This document shows, in pieces, positions 9,421 to 18,566 of a stretch of 50,308 bases of DNA. The notes beneath the pieces were generated by a model, which saw only the letters and a program-made list of their open reading frames with translations, did not search any database and was not told the DNA's origin. The DNA comes from an uncultured Phycisphaera sp. (GTDB lineage Bacteria; Planctomycetota; Phycisphaerae; Phycisphaerales; SM1A02). The stretch is taken from assembly GCA_963978155.1 (NCBI GenBank), contig CAXBRK010000001.1, forward strand, positions 1 to 50,308, given 5' to 3'. The translations under genes were made by a program, and so were the position numbers. Each line of letters opens with the position of its first letter. Within the stretch, counting starts at the first letter, position 1.

Positions 9421-10335
9421 ATGACAGATCCATTTCACCCCCGATCACCGGAACCCAGAGAGCTGGATGCGGCTTTGGGAAGGCTGCTCACACCACCAAG
9501 TTCGCCCCCCCCGGCACCATCCACGGTGCGGGGACTGCGAAAAACCCTCCGGGAAGAGCGGGCCCGCCTGTGGTGCGCTGGGCCCATTGGTGCCCCCCTT
9601 GGAGCCGTCCTGACCTTACCCCGTCCTGGCCGAATTGAGATGCTTTTGGGCACGCCACTCGGTCCAGCTGATGATCCAGCCCCCACTGGACGTTGTCTGC
9701 AGTCGGCATTGGCATCGGGACGCCAAAGCGACAACCACTTGGCCCAACTGGTGCACGTCCCTGAGGCCGTGGGGACCGCCGAGGCCGCCAAGTTGGGTGG
9801 GATGGAATGGTTGGCTGAGTTGCAATTCCTTCGTACAGCTTCGGTACCAGAACCAACAACATCCCTTGCCTCGTCCCTCCCCCTCCAATCAAGCATCACG
9901 TGGTGCGACTGTGATGATCTTGACGACCAAGCGCTGCACGGCGTGCTTTTGGAGACGTACGTTGACGCGCAGGATTGCCCGGGGCTTCGAGGGCGCCGGG
10001 AACCAGAAGATATTTTGATTGGACATGAGGCATCCGGGGTGCGGCACCACTGGATGGTGGCCCAAGTCGAACAGGAACCAGCCGGAGTGTTGCTTTTGGC
10101 CGAAACCCCCGAGCGGCACCTGCTGCAAGTGCTCTACGTGGGCGTGGTGCCAAAGTTTCGCGGCAAAGGGTTGGGGCAACAGTTCATGGCCAAGGCCAAT
10201 GAGGTCGCGATCTCACGCAAATTGCCACTTTCACTTCACGTTGACCGGCGCAACGCGCCTGCTCTCAAGCTGTATCGCAAATTTGACCTCCAACCACGCG
10301 AATCACGAGTTGCATGGATTGCAGAAATTCGGTAG
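9421..10335 (+). CDS. GNAT family N-acetyltransferase
   Basis: YVGVVPKFRGKGLG acetyl-CoA motif A; N.PALKLYRKF. Confidence 0.85.
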   Translation: MTDPFHPRSPEPRELDAALGRLLTPPSSPPPAPSTVRGLRKTLREERARLWCAGPIGAPLGAVLTLPRPGRIEMLLGTPLGPADDPAPTGRCLQSALASGRQSDNHLAQLVHVPEAVGTAEAAKLGGMEWLAELQFLRTASVPEPTTSLASSLPLQSSITWCDCDDLDDQALHGVLLETYVDAQDCPGLRGRREPEDILIGHEASGVRHHWMVAQVEQEPAGVLLLAETPERHLLQVLYVGVVPKFRGKGLGQQFMAKANEVAISRKLPLSLHVDRRNAPALKLYRKFDLQPRESRVAWIAEIR

Positions 10336-10429
10336 CCAACCAAAGAAAAAGTTGCGATTGCCGAAGCGGCGGGAAGTTTGAATCGTTTGTTCGAACGGTG
10401 CGACTTTTCATCTTGAGATTCAACACGAC

Positions 10430-10438
10430 TTATCCACA
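10430..10438 (+). promoter_or_regulatory. DnaA box
   Basis: Exact TTATCCACA in the ~500-nt lower-GC spacer upstream of dnaA; the only perfect box I found. Confidence 0.65.
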
Positions 10439-10841
10439 TCTTCTGCCCGAACACGTGGTGGTTCGGGAAGAACACAAGCCCAAAATCTTTTACCGCATGC
10501 TCTCCATCCAGTTAGGAATACCAAGGATGGTTTTTATCGATCGACCCACTTGCAGCAATGTCAACTTTCGGTAAAGTTCCGCTCCTCGACATGGACTCGT
10601 CGACACCGACCGGTTCGCCTTGAACATTGGCTTCGAAACTGAGCCAATTCATTCAAAGCGAGACCGCCCGGTACAGGCATGGCTGCCCATCGACGTTACT
10701 CGTCCGTGACCAGGCTTCGACCAGATCACCAATCACGAGTTTTCCCAAGTCAACATCTCTGATGTTGATCCGCTGTCCCTGTGTCCTTTGCCAAAGCTTG
10801 GATGCATGACAACCACGCCCCTTTCTTGCACGAGGCCCCCG

Positions 10842-12356
10842 ATGTCGCAATCACCTGGAATGAGCCACCGCGAACACGAGGCTGCCATCTTGGGAACGTT
10901 GCGACGAGAACTCGGCGAGACGAAGTACGACCGTTGGTTGGGCAACGCCAGCGCCAGCGTTCAAGCTGGAGATTCAGGGCAAGACCCACACTCCGTGGTC
11001 ATCGAGGTCGACAACGCCTTTGCGGCCCGCTGGGTGGAAACCAAGTTCATTCCCGAATTGCGGGTGGCCTGCAAAGGAATCCGCAGCGAACAGACACCAC
11101 CTTGGCGCATTCGTGTTCGCCAAGACGACACCGTGGAATCGACGGACGCCTCAACCCCAGCCGGTGATGCCACCGGGTCTTCAGGCCCAACGTCCGCGGG
11201 AACGCCTTCCCCATCACAGCCAGCCACGCCGTCTTCCCACTCCGCTTGGAAGCCAAGCCGCGGCCCCGCCACCAATCAACCGACGCACCGCGGCCAGGCC
11301 GGACCAATGGCCGCGTACCGGCAACTTGAGCACTTCGTCGAAGGGCCCAGCAACCAGCTGGCCTACCGATCCGTGTGTCGACTGCTGGAAGACCCCCAGC
11401 ATGCCTCCCCCATGTCGCCATTGTTCTTGCACGGCGATTGCGGCGTCGGCAAAACCCACCTGCTGCAAGGCGCCGTGCGGGCGGCTTCCACCCAATTCAG
11501 TCGCATCCGGTACTACTCAGCGGAGCAGTTCACCAACGAATACATTCGGGCCGTCCGGGAACACGACTTGGAACGCTTCCGACAACAACTGCGAACTCTG
11601 GACCTCTTGGCCATCGATGACGTTCACTTCTTCTCGCACAAAGAAGGCACGCAAAACGAGTTCCTGCACATGCTGGACGCGTGCCTGCTGCATGGCACCA
11701 AGCTGTTGCTCGCTGGAGATGGGCACCCCAATCGCTTCAAAGCTTTTTCACGGGCGTTGAGTTCTCGTTGTGTCTCGGGCATGGTGGTGCACATCGAATC
11801 ACCGGACGTGAACACCCGTTTGGCCATCGTCAACCACTTGGCGAGCCGCCGAGGGTTGCGTCTCGAGCCCGCGGCCGCCGAATTGGTGGTGGAACGGACC
11901 CTCGGGACGGTTCGCGAACTCGAAGGCGCACTCACCCGCCTCGATGCGATGGCCCGGCTCGAAGGCACGGGCGAAACCATCGGTTTGCAATTGGTCACCC
12001 GAACGCTCGGCGCCGCGCCCCGACCGGTTCGACCGGCCGATGTTGTCAATGCGGCATGCGAGGCCCTGAACATCCCCCGACACGAACTTCTTGGCAACAG
12101 CCGGCACCGACGCATCACCTTGGCTCGAGGGGTTTCGGCCTATCTGCTGCGTGACCTCACCACATTGTCTTGGCCAGAAATTGCCCACCAACTCGGGCGA
12201 GAGCGTCACTCCACCGTCCACGGCGCGGCCAAGCGCATCACCAAAGCTCTGGAGCTCGACGAGTCCACCCACTCGCTCCCCGAGCAAGGCGAAGTCCCCA
12301 TGCGGCTCTTGATCGACCGGGTGCGTCGAAGTGCTTTGCAGGCTGAACGTCGATGA
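10842..12356 (+). CDS. dnaA: Chromosomal replication initiator DnaA
   Basis: Domain I YDRW, FVEGPSNQLA, PLFLHGDCGVGKTHLL, Walker B LLAIDDVHF, VRELEGAL, domain IV RHSTV; GAGG before ATG 10842. Confidence 0.96.
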   Translation: MSQSPGMSHREHEAAILGTLRRELGETKYDRWLGNASASVQAGDSGQDPHSVVIEVDNAFAARWVETKFIPELRVACKGIRSEQTPPWRIRVRQDDTVESTDASTPAGDATGSSGPTSAGTPSPSQPATPSSHSAWKPSRGPATNQPTHRGQAGPMAAYRQLEHFVEGPSNQLAYRSVCRLLEDPQHASPMSPLFLHGDCGVGKTHLLQGAVRAASTQFSRIRYYSAEQFTNEYIRAVREHDLERFRQQLRTLDLLAIDDVHFFSHKEGTQNEFLHMLDACLLHGTKLLLAGDGHPNRFKAFSRALSSRCVSGMVVHIESPDVNTRLAIVNHLASRRGLRLEPAAAELVVERTLGTVRELEGALTRLDAMARLEGTGETIGLQLVTRTLGAAPRPVRPADVVNAACEALNIPRHELLGNSRHRRITLARGVSAYLLRDLTTLSWPEIAHQLGRERHSTVHGAAKRITKALELDESTHSLPEQGEVPMRLLIDRVRRSALQAERR

Positions 12357-13525
12357 GCAACGCCATTCCATTGGCCAAACCCAGTTTGAGCGAAGCCGAA
12401 CGTCAAGCGGTATTGGACGTGCTGCAATCCCCCGTACTGGCCAGCGGGCCTCGGGTCGAACACTTCGCCAAATCGATCGCCGAACTCACCGAGCGAGACT
12501 GTGGGATCCCGTGTTCTTCGGGCACTGCTGGTCTCACATTGGTGCTGGCCGCACTGGGCATCGGAGCCGGAGACAAGGTCGTGGTCCCTGCGTTCGGCTT
12601 TGTGGCCATGGCCAATGCCGTCTGGTCGCTGGGGGCCACGCCTCTGTTCGCGGACTGCGATCCACGGACCCTCAATGTGGACCTGGATTCGGTCGCCCAA
12701 CTTCTGGAACTGAAGCCTCGAGCCGTCTTGGCGGCGGAAACCTTTGGCAACCCTGCGGGGATGCCCGAACTGGAAGCGTTGTGCGCAGCACATGAGATTC
12801 CCTTGATCGAAGATGCTTGTGAAGGACTTGGGGGACGAATCTCCGGACGACCGGTGGGCGGATTTGGCCGGGCCTCGGTCTTTGGCTTTTATCCCAACAA
12901 ACAGATCACCACGGGGGAAGGCGGCGTGGTCGTCACGGACGACACCAGGCTGGCTGAACGGTGCCGCTCCTTGGCCAACCATGGCCGGGGAGAAGATGGC
13001 TCAACCTTCGTCCGTCCGGGATGGAATTTTCGTCTCGACGAAATGTCAGGCGCACTTGGAAACGCGCAACTGTCACGACTGGATGACATTCTTGATCAAC
13101 GTGAAGCGGTAGCGGCCCAATACACCGCCCAACTCTCTGGGAACGTCGATCTTATTTTGCCAAGTGTCGAGACGGCGAGTCGACCTTCTTGGTTCGCCTA
13201 TTGCGTTCGTCTCACCGGACGATGGAACGCCACCGTGCGGGACGAAGTGATCCAAGCGATGGCCGGCCACGAGATTTCGTGCGCCAAGTACTTCCCTTCC
13301 ATCCCTCAGACTCCAGCCTGGCAAGGCCGTTGCGAGCCCAATGCGTGCAACACCCCCGTGGCCAACTCCATCTCCGGACGAACCATTGCACTTCCCTTCT
13401 ACGCTGGGCTCTCCAGCCGAGAAGTTGATTTGGTGTGCCAATCGCTCGAACTGATGATCGAGCGTGCAACCTTCCGGCACCGGGCATCACCAACCGATCA
13501 AATCGACGGCATTGACCCCAGTTGA
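12353..13525 (+). CDS. DegT/DnrJ/EryC1/StrS family PLP-dependent aminotransferase
   Basis: SSGTAGL, IEDACE, FYPNKQITTGEGG with the PLP lysine, GWNFRL; ATGA overlap with dnaA. Confidence 0.93.
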   Translation: MSNAIPLAKPSLSEAERQAVLDVLQSPVLASGPRVEHFAKSIAELTERDCGIPCSSGTAGLTLVLAALGIGAGDKVVVPAFGFVAMANAVWSLGATPLFADCDPRTLNVDLDSVAQLLELKPRAVLAAETFGNPAGMPELEALCAAHEIPLIEDACEGLGGRISGRPVGGFGRASVFGFYPNKQITTGEGGVVVTDDTRLAERCRSLANHGRGEDGSTFVRPGWNFRLDEMSGALGNAQLSRLDDILDQREAVAAQYTAQLSGNVDLILPSVETASRPSWFAYCVRLTGRWNATVRDEVIQAMAGHEISCAKYFPSIPQTPAWQGRCEPNACNTPVANSISGRTIALPFYAGLSSREVDLVCQSLELMIERATFRHRASPTDQIDGIDPS

Positions 13526-13552
13526 GAGCAGCGAAAGAACGGACCTGACGGT

Positions 13553-15313
13553 TTATCGACCGATCAGGAGAAGCTGTTCCATGAGTTCATCGGTGGTCGT
13601 GATGACACGAGAGGCCGCGCTGTACCCAGTCTGGGCCAAAATCATGTCGATGAACTCTTGAGACAGATCCACGTTGGACAGTTCTAACGAACCGCCAAGC
13701 AATCGACCGTTGCCAAAGTCAAGAGGGCGACCCACCAAAGGTTCGCCAGAGTTTGGCCCCACTCCGAAGTATCCGCCACCTTGATCGACCAAGCCGCCGT
13801 TGTTCGAGAACCGGGCCAATGCAATGGCTCCCAATTCACGCGTCAGGCCATTGGTGAATGCCCCCAGAATGGTGCCATCTTCGGCAACCGACCAGTTGGC
13901 CAAAGTGCCCAAAGCCGAGCCGTCTTGGCTGACCGCAGCGAGCGAGCTGACGGAAGAGGCAAATGCTGACAGTTCCCCTTGTTCATCACCACCGAATTCA
14001 ATGGTGATGTCCAGCGGCGAATCGGCACCGTTGTCGCGGACAATCGAAAGAGCATTGCCGTCGACAAAATCAAGGCGGCCTTCGCTGTCAAAGGTCAACT
14101 CCCCCGACCCAACGATACGACCCAACGCGTCGTTGTCATCGGTTTCCGAAATCCATGCCCAGGTTGAGCCCCCGTTGGGATCAGTCGACTGAAGCACCAT
14201 GGTCATGTCGATCGTCAAAGGGGCTCCCAATGAGTCGTAGACAACAAAGGACGTCCGAACCGACTCACCGGTGGCTTCCGCCGTGTCGCTGAACATAAAT
14301 GGTTGTGTCGCGCCGGTGCCGTTGTTGGTCACCGTAAAATCGCTGGACTCAAGGTCGAGAGCTTGGGCGGTTCCTTCATTGCTGTTGATGACCAATCCAC
14401 CAGTGGCTGGATCCAAAGCGATGCCACCACCCAAGCCATCCTCACTGGTCAGACCGAGGGTGGCTTCCAACCAATTCATGAAATCACCCATGGTGGTTCC
14501 AGTGGCGTCTGCGGTGGAACCTGCAGCGTTTGTGGTGAATTGGAAGGTGTGGGTTCCGAGATCTTGTCCGGCTTTTTCAATACCACCAATGGTGATGATG
14601 GGGCCTGGCTCACCGCCTTCCAACGCGATCGCGGGCGTGCCATTGGAATCGGCCATGTAGATGGTGTTTCCCGGGACCGTGAGATCGAATGTTTGGTCGA
14701 TGGGCGTTCCGAGCAATACATCGGAATACAGACCCGCACTTGTGGCAACAGCTCCAGTCGTGGCCACTTCGCCATCCGCATCAAGATTGCCATTGAATTC
14801 AACTTGATTTGTGGCTTCCGCGAGAGTCAAAGTGCCAACCGGAATCGTCAAAGGTGCGAGTTCACCCGCTTGGACTTGGAAGTTTTCATCCACGCCAAAA
14901 CCTTGAATTCGCCCCCCATTGATGCTGACCAACTCGTTGTTCTCATTCAGTTCGAACGCGCCAGAGCGGCTGTACAACCGTTCGCCAGCGAGGTCGACAA
15001 TAAAGAAGCCGTCACCTTCAATAGCCACATCCGTCGCACGACCGGTGACGCTGATGGCCCCAGAAGAGAAATTCTTCTGGGTTCCGCCGACGCCCACTCC
15101 GAGACCAACTTGGCTTGGGTTCGTTCCTCCGGTGAAAGCACCGGGCGCCGTCCCAACTCCAAGTGTTCGAGCAAATTGGCTGCTGAACAGCATCCGGCTG
15201 CTTTTGAACGCCGTGGTGTTCACGTTGGCAATGTTGTTACCAATCGAGTCCAAGCGTTGGGAGTTGACGGAGAGGGCGGAAAGTCCGGTGTAAAGCGAAG
15301 TGGTTGACGGCAT
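13553..15313 (-). CDS. flgE: Flagellar hook protein FlgE
   Basis: GNNIANVNTTAFKSSR, D.AIEGDGFF, YSRSGAF, GNLDA, VYDSLG, LELSNVDLSQEF..MI.AQ; 586 aa. Confidence 0.95.
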   Translation of the reverse strand: MPSTTSLYTGLSALSVNSQRLDSIGNNIANVNTTAFKSSRMLFSSQFARTLGVGTAPGAFTGGTNPSQVGLGVGVGGTQKNFSSGAISVTGRATDVAIEGDGFFIVDLAGERLYSRSGAFELNENNELVSINGGRIQGFGVDENFQVQAGELAPLTIPVGTLTLAEATNQVEFNGNLDADGEVATTGAVATSAGLYSDVLLGTPIDQTFDLTVPGNTIYMADSNGTPAIALEGGEPGPIITIGGIEKAGQDLGTHTFQFTTNAAGSTADATGTTMGDFMNWLEATLGLTSEDGLGGGIALDPATGGLVINSNEGTAQALDLESSDFTVTNNGTGATQPFMFSDTAEATGESVRTSFVVYDSLGAPLTIDMTMVLQSTDPNGGSTWAWISETDDNDALGRIVGSGELTFDSEGRLDFVDGNALSIVRDNGADSPLDITIEFGGDEQGELSAFASSVSSLAAVSQDGSALGTLANWSVAEDGTILGAFTNGLTRELGAIALARFSNNGGLVDQGGGYFGVGPNSGEPLVGRPLDFGNGRLLGGSLELSNVDLSQEFIDMILAQTGYSAASRVITTTDELMEQLLLIGR

Positions 15314-15377
15314 CGTTGCTTCCTGCGGAGATGGTTGAAATCAAATCGACGTTCAATGAGTCGTTGAGAGGGATAAG

Positions 15378-15393
15378 TGCAAACCCCGTGCCA
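15378..15393 (-). promoter_or_regulatory. Sigma54 -24/-12 promoter for flgE
   Basis: TGGCACGGGGTTTGCA, full match to TGGCACG-N4-TTGCW, in the flgD-flgE spacer. Confidence 0.85.
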
Positions 15394-15396
15394 GAG

Positions 15397-15957
15397 TCAT
15401 CCGAGTTCTGGAGGCATCCCTGGACCCACTTGGGGCGGCAAAGGCTGCGCGGATGCGTCAGTATTGCCGGGCACAACTGGCGGATTTTCAGGAGAATCCG
15501 GAGTGGTTGGCTCTTCTGGTTCTTCTGGAACCTCAGGACCTTCAGGAATGGACTCGGGCTCCAAGACGACTTCCACATTTTGCAGAGGGACAATCCAGCC
15601 GGTATCGAGTTCGATCGCAACCGAATCACCTTGCCGAAGAGCTGCGACGACGAAGCCCGTCACATTGCCCCAACCTTCTGCGTACCCCGAGACAAATTTC
15701 CCGATCATTCCGGCGGCACTGGTCAGTTGATTCTCAGTGACAATCGCATCCAGACGATCCCCCAAAGCGATGTCACTCTCGATCGAACGAATCGTCGAAA
15801 TCTGATCGAGAAGGGCCGACGTGTCATTGGGAGAAAGAGGATCCTGACTGGTCAGTTCCGTCAGAATAATTTGCAGGAACTCTTCACTTCCCAGGGCCCC
15901 AAAGGCATCAGGAGTTCCACCAGCGCCAGAGGCACCACCAAATTGAATCGCACTCAT
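15397..15957 (-). CDS. flgD: Flagellar hook cap protein FlgD
   Basis: EEFLQIILTELTSQDPLSP, AAGMIGKFV; position between fliK and flgE. Confidence 0.9.
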   Translation of the reverse strand: MSAIQFGGASGAGGTPDAFGALGSEEFLQIILTELTSQDPLSPNDTSALLDQISTIRSIESDIALGDRLDAIVTENQLTSAAGMIGKFVSGYAEGWGNVTGFVVAALRQGDSVAIELDTGWIVPLQNVEVVLEPESIPEGPEVPEEPEEPTTPDSPENPPVVPGNTDASAQPLPPQVGPGMPPELG

Positions 15958-17510
15958 GCTTGCTCCTCTGCGGCCATCAACACTTGGCCAAATTCATCTG
16001 CCCGATCGTCGAGCTGATCCAATATCTGTGGCGAAGATCGTTTGGAGGAGGTCTCACCCTCCCGACGATCACGCTCACCACCGGACCGATCCTCATCGGC
16101 GTCGTTCTCGTTGTGCTGGTCCAACCGAGATGACTCGACTTTCGATTCCTCACGAACTTCGAGTCGATCCACAACCAGACCTTTGTGCTCCAAACTGTCA
16201 CGCAGCAACCGAAGGTGTTCGCCAAGGACTCGGGCGGCCTCAGGCGTGCGGGCAACCAAGTCGGCTTGCACCCGCCCTTCATCCATCTGCACCCGAACGG
16301 TCACTTTTCCAAATTGCGCCGGACGAAGTTGCACCACCGTTGCCCCACCATGCCCGCGTCCCAGCGAACGAAGCGCCCGTCGGGTGAGGTTGACGGAAGC
16401 TGGAACCTCGTCCGCGGCTCCGGCGTCAACCGCCTCCGCCAGACCGCCGCTGAAATTCACGCTTTGGGTCGGGGCATTCACTTTTGTCGACTGAAGCGCG
16501 TTGCCCTGCGGAGCCGTACGCACTGGATCTCCCGCCACTTCGCGCACTGGCACAGCAGTCTCAACCGAAGAAGAAGGCGTGCTTCCCCCCTCGGGTCGAG
16601 TTGATGATTTGAATGCTTCGCCGCGCTGAGAACCCTCTTCCGCGGAGACCGGAGTCTGGGCCCGAGAAACTTCTGGACGCTCTGAATGAGCGGGGCGTGT
16701 GGCATCGGAACCATCCTGACCGACACGTTGATCAGCGGCAGGAAGATCCCCAGGCAGAAGCTTGGTTTGGTTTCCCGCGGGACGGTTTGAGGCTGGCCTG
16801 ACCTCGCCAGCCGAGAATTTTGGTGCCCGACCAGTGGTGTTCACGTCTGGACCACGGGGACCAACATCGGGCTCAAGAGATCCTGAAACATCAGATGACG
16901 GCGGTGTCCTTGAACCCAGTTCATTCGGTGAGATCGAGGATGGATCGCGAATAACCTCCGCAGACGAGCCGGCCGCCGTACCGGTTGGGGCAAGATTGGA
17001 ACCGAACTCCCCTTGCTGGAGCACCGCTGAATCAACACGGGCGACCGGTATGTTCACACGCGGAGTAACTTTTCCGTTCGATGCGGATGCAACAGCTTTT
17101 CGCTGGACATCGCTCTGAGGCACCAACTCCAACTCGGGGAGAGGATTGGATACCGAATGCACCGTTGCGGGAGGCCGTGAATCCCCGACCAGAGACTCTG
17201 GGGCCGGCTCAGGAGAAGCTTCAGCACCTCCCGGGATGGGCGCTGAGATCTCCTCATCGCCGCCCTCCCCTACAGAGGAAGTGTCCGTGGCATGTTCTTC
17301 TTGGGTACCGAAGTCCTCACCGGACTCGACGCTCTCTTCCACGGCGGCACCGCTGCCCACTGCTGGAGCGTTGGGCTCAGAATCTTCCACCTGAGCAGTA
17401 CTGACCTCTGGAACAACAAATTCCGATGAGGCGTCAGCGGGGCGAGACGGACTCTGGCGACTCGGCAGAGCTGATGGTGGCAGGCTGGCGGGCACGAGAG
17501 GCATGCTCAT
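15954..17510 (-). CDS. fliK: Flagellar hook-length control protein FliK
   Basis: Long disordered Pro/Ser/Ala region, then LRPAQFGKVTV..LRDSLEHKGL (T3S4 domain); start 17510 fits the sigma54 site just upstream. Confidence 0.85.
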   Translation of the reverse strand: MSMPLVPASLPPSALPSRQSPSRPADASSEFVVPEVSTAQVEDSEPNAPAVGSGAAVEESVESGEDFGTQEEHATDTSSVGEGGDEEISAPIPGGAEASPEPAPESLVGDSRPPATVHSVSNPLPELELVPQSDVQRKAVASASNGKVTPRVNIPVARVDSAVLQQGEFGSNLAPTGTAAGSSAEVIRDPSSISPNELGSRTPPSSDVSGSLEPDVGPRGPDVNTTGRAPKFSAGEVRPASNRPAGNQTKLLPGDLPAADQRVGQDGSDATRPAHSERPEVSRAQTPVSAEEGSQRGEAFKSSTRPEGGSTPSSSVETAVPVREVAGDPVRTAPQGNALQSTKVNAPTQSVNFSGGLAEAVDAGAADEVPASVNLTRRALRSLGRGHGGATVVQLRPAQFGKVTVRVQMDEGRVQADLVARTPEAARVLGEHLRLLRDSLEHKGLVVDRLEVREESKVESSRLDQHNENDADEDRSGGERDRREGETSSKRSSPQILDQLDDRADEFGQVLMAAEEQA

Positions 17511-18108
17511 GCTTAAGACGTTGCAAGTCTTGTACCAGCTCCGCCCGATCCTCCTTGTGAAGGGCCCGAATGACATCCTGAAGGTCGACACCACCCAATG
17601 TGCTGTACAACCCCGCCGCTTTTTCGGGGCTCTCGGTGTACAGCATCAGCAATTGCTGCGCGGCTTCGGAAGGGAGCCCGGCATAATCCGCCGCCATCGC
17701 CTCCCCAATGGCAAACAAGTCCACTTCGGGATCCTCGTCGAGTTGTTTGCGTTGTGCGGCCACCACGCTTTCCAACGATGAAATGTCATCTTGCTGGCTG
17801 GCCAATTCCAGATCTTTCTCGGCGATCAAACGCTCCTGCTCTTTGACTTGGTCAAACAATTTGCCAATCACAAAATGCGACGAAGCAAAGACCTGCCCGT
17901 CCTCAGATTCGGCCACCAGCCTTTGGGGCTCGGATTGAATGTTGTCGCTTGGTTGAGTGGGCTGCAAGATGGCGGCAATCTGCTGCACTCGATTGGCATC
18001 AAGGCGACCTTCTACCCGCAACCAAGCCAGCAACGCCACGATCAGCAGGACGTTGACGATGGCGACTCCTCCGAGCACCCGAAACCATGGATTCTCGCTT
18101 TGCTTCAT
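17434..18108 (-). CDS. Membrane-anchored coiled-coil protein, MotE/FlbB/YlxF-like
   Basis: N-terminal TM, GRLDANRV, coiled coil, YAGLPSEAAQQLL resembling the YxxMxPxxAA motif; lies between fliJ and fliK. Confidence 0.65.
   Translation of the reverse strand: MKQSENPWFRVLGGVAIVNVLLIVALLAWLRVEGRLDANRVQQIAAILQPTQPSDNIQSEPQRLVAESEDGQVFASSHFVIGKLFDQVKEQERLIAEKDLELASQQDDISSLESVVAAQRKQLDEDPEVDLFAIGEAMAADYAGLPSEAAQQLLMLYTESPEKAAGLYSTLGGVDLQDVIRALHKEDRAELVQDLQRLKHEHASRARQPATISSAESPESVSPR
17522..17537 (-). promoter_or_regulatory. Internal sigma54 promoter for fliK-flgD
   Basis: TGGTACAAGACTTGCA (GG-N10-GC) 11 nt upstream of the fliK ATG, inside the upstream CDS. Confidence 0.65.
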
Positions 18109-18566
18109 GCCATCCTCCGTTGCTGGGTTGATTCAGACGCCATCCTTTGGGCAATCTCGTCCATTTCAATGTGTTCACGGCGTTGCACTTCCCGGCGGTG
18201 GGCCTCAAGGCGACGCTCGCGGAGTCTTTCGTACTGACGGCGTTCACGACGCACCACCGCCAGACGCTGCTCGGCTTCTCGGAAGGCGGGCTCGGCCGCC
18301 GCGATCTCCAAAACCAGCTGGTCCGCTTCACGGGTCCGCGCAAAAGTGCGGGCCGCCCGTTGACGAACTTGGTCTGGATTCACCAAACCAACCAGGTCGG
18401 AGGCCTGCTGCTGCAGATCTTCTTGGTTCAGCTGGGCAATCTCCCGAAGTCGATCTTGCTGCGCTGTTCGGGATCGCTGCAACACCGCCAATGCCTCATG
18501 GGCCGAACGCTCATCGGCCTCAAGTTTCCGCAAAAGGGCATCAAGCTGGAATCGGAAACCTGTCAT
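18105..18566 (-). CDS. fliJ: Flagellar export protein FliJ
   Basis: FRFQLDALL start, coiled coil, ERLRERR..EHIEMDE; follows fliI. Confidence 0.88.
   Translation of the reverse strand: MTGFRFQLDALLRKLEADERSAHEALAVLQRSRTAQQDRLREIAQLNQEDLQQQASDLVGLVNPDQVRQRAARTFARTREADQLVLEIAAAEPAFREAEQRLAVVRRERRQYERLRERRLEAHRREVQRREHIEMDEIAQRMASESTQQRRMA

Noticed and set aside
10336-10841. oriC call and small ORFs in the dnaA upstream spacer
   Set aside because: Only one perfect DnaA box, no clear unwinding element, and the ORFs lack recognisable features
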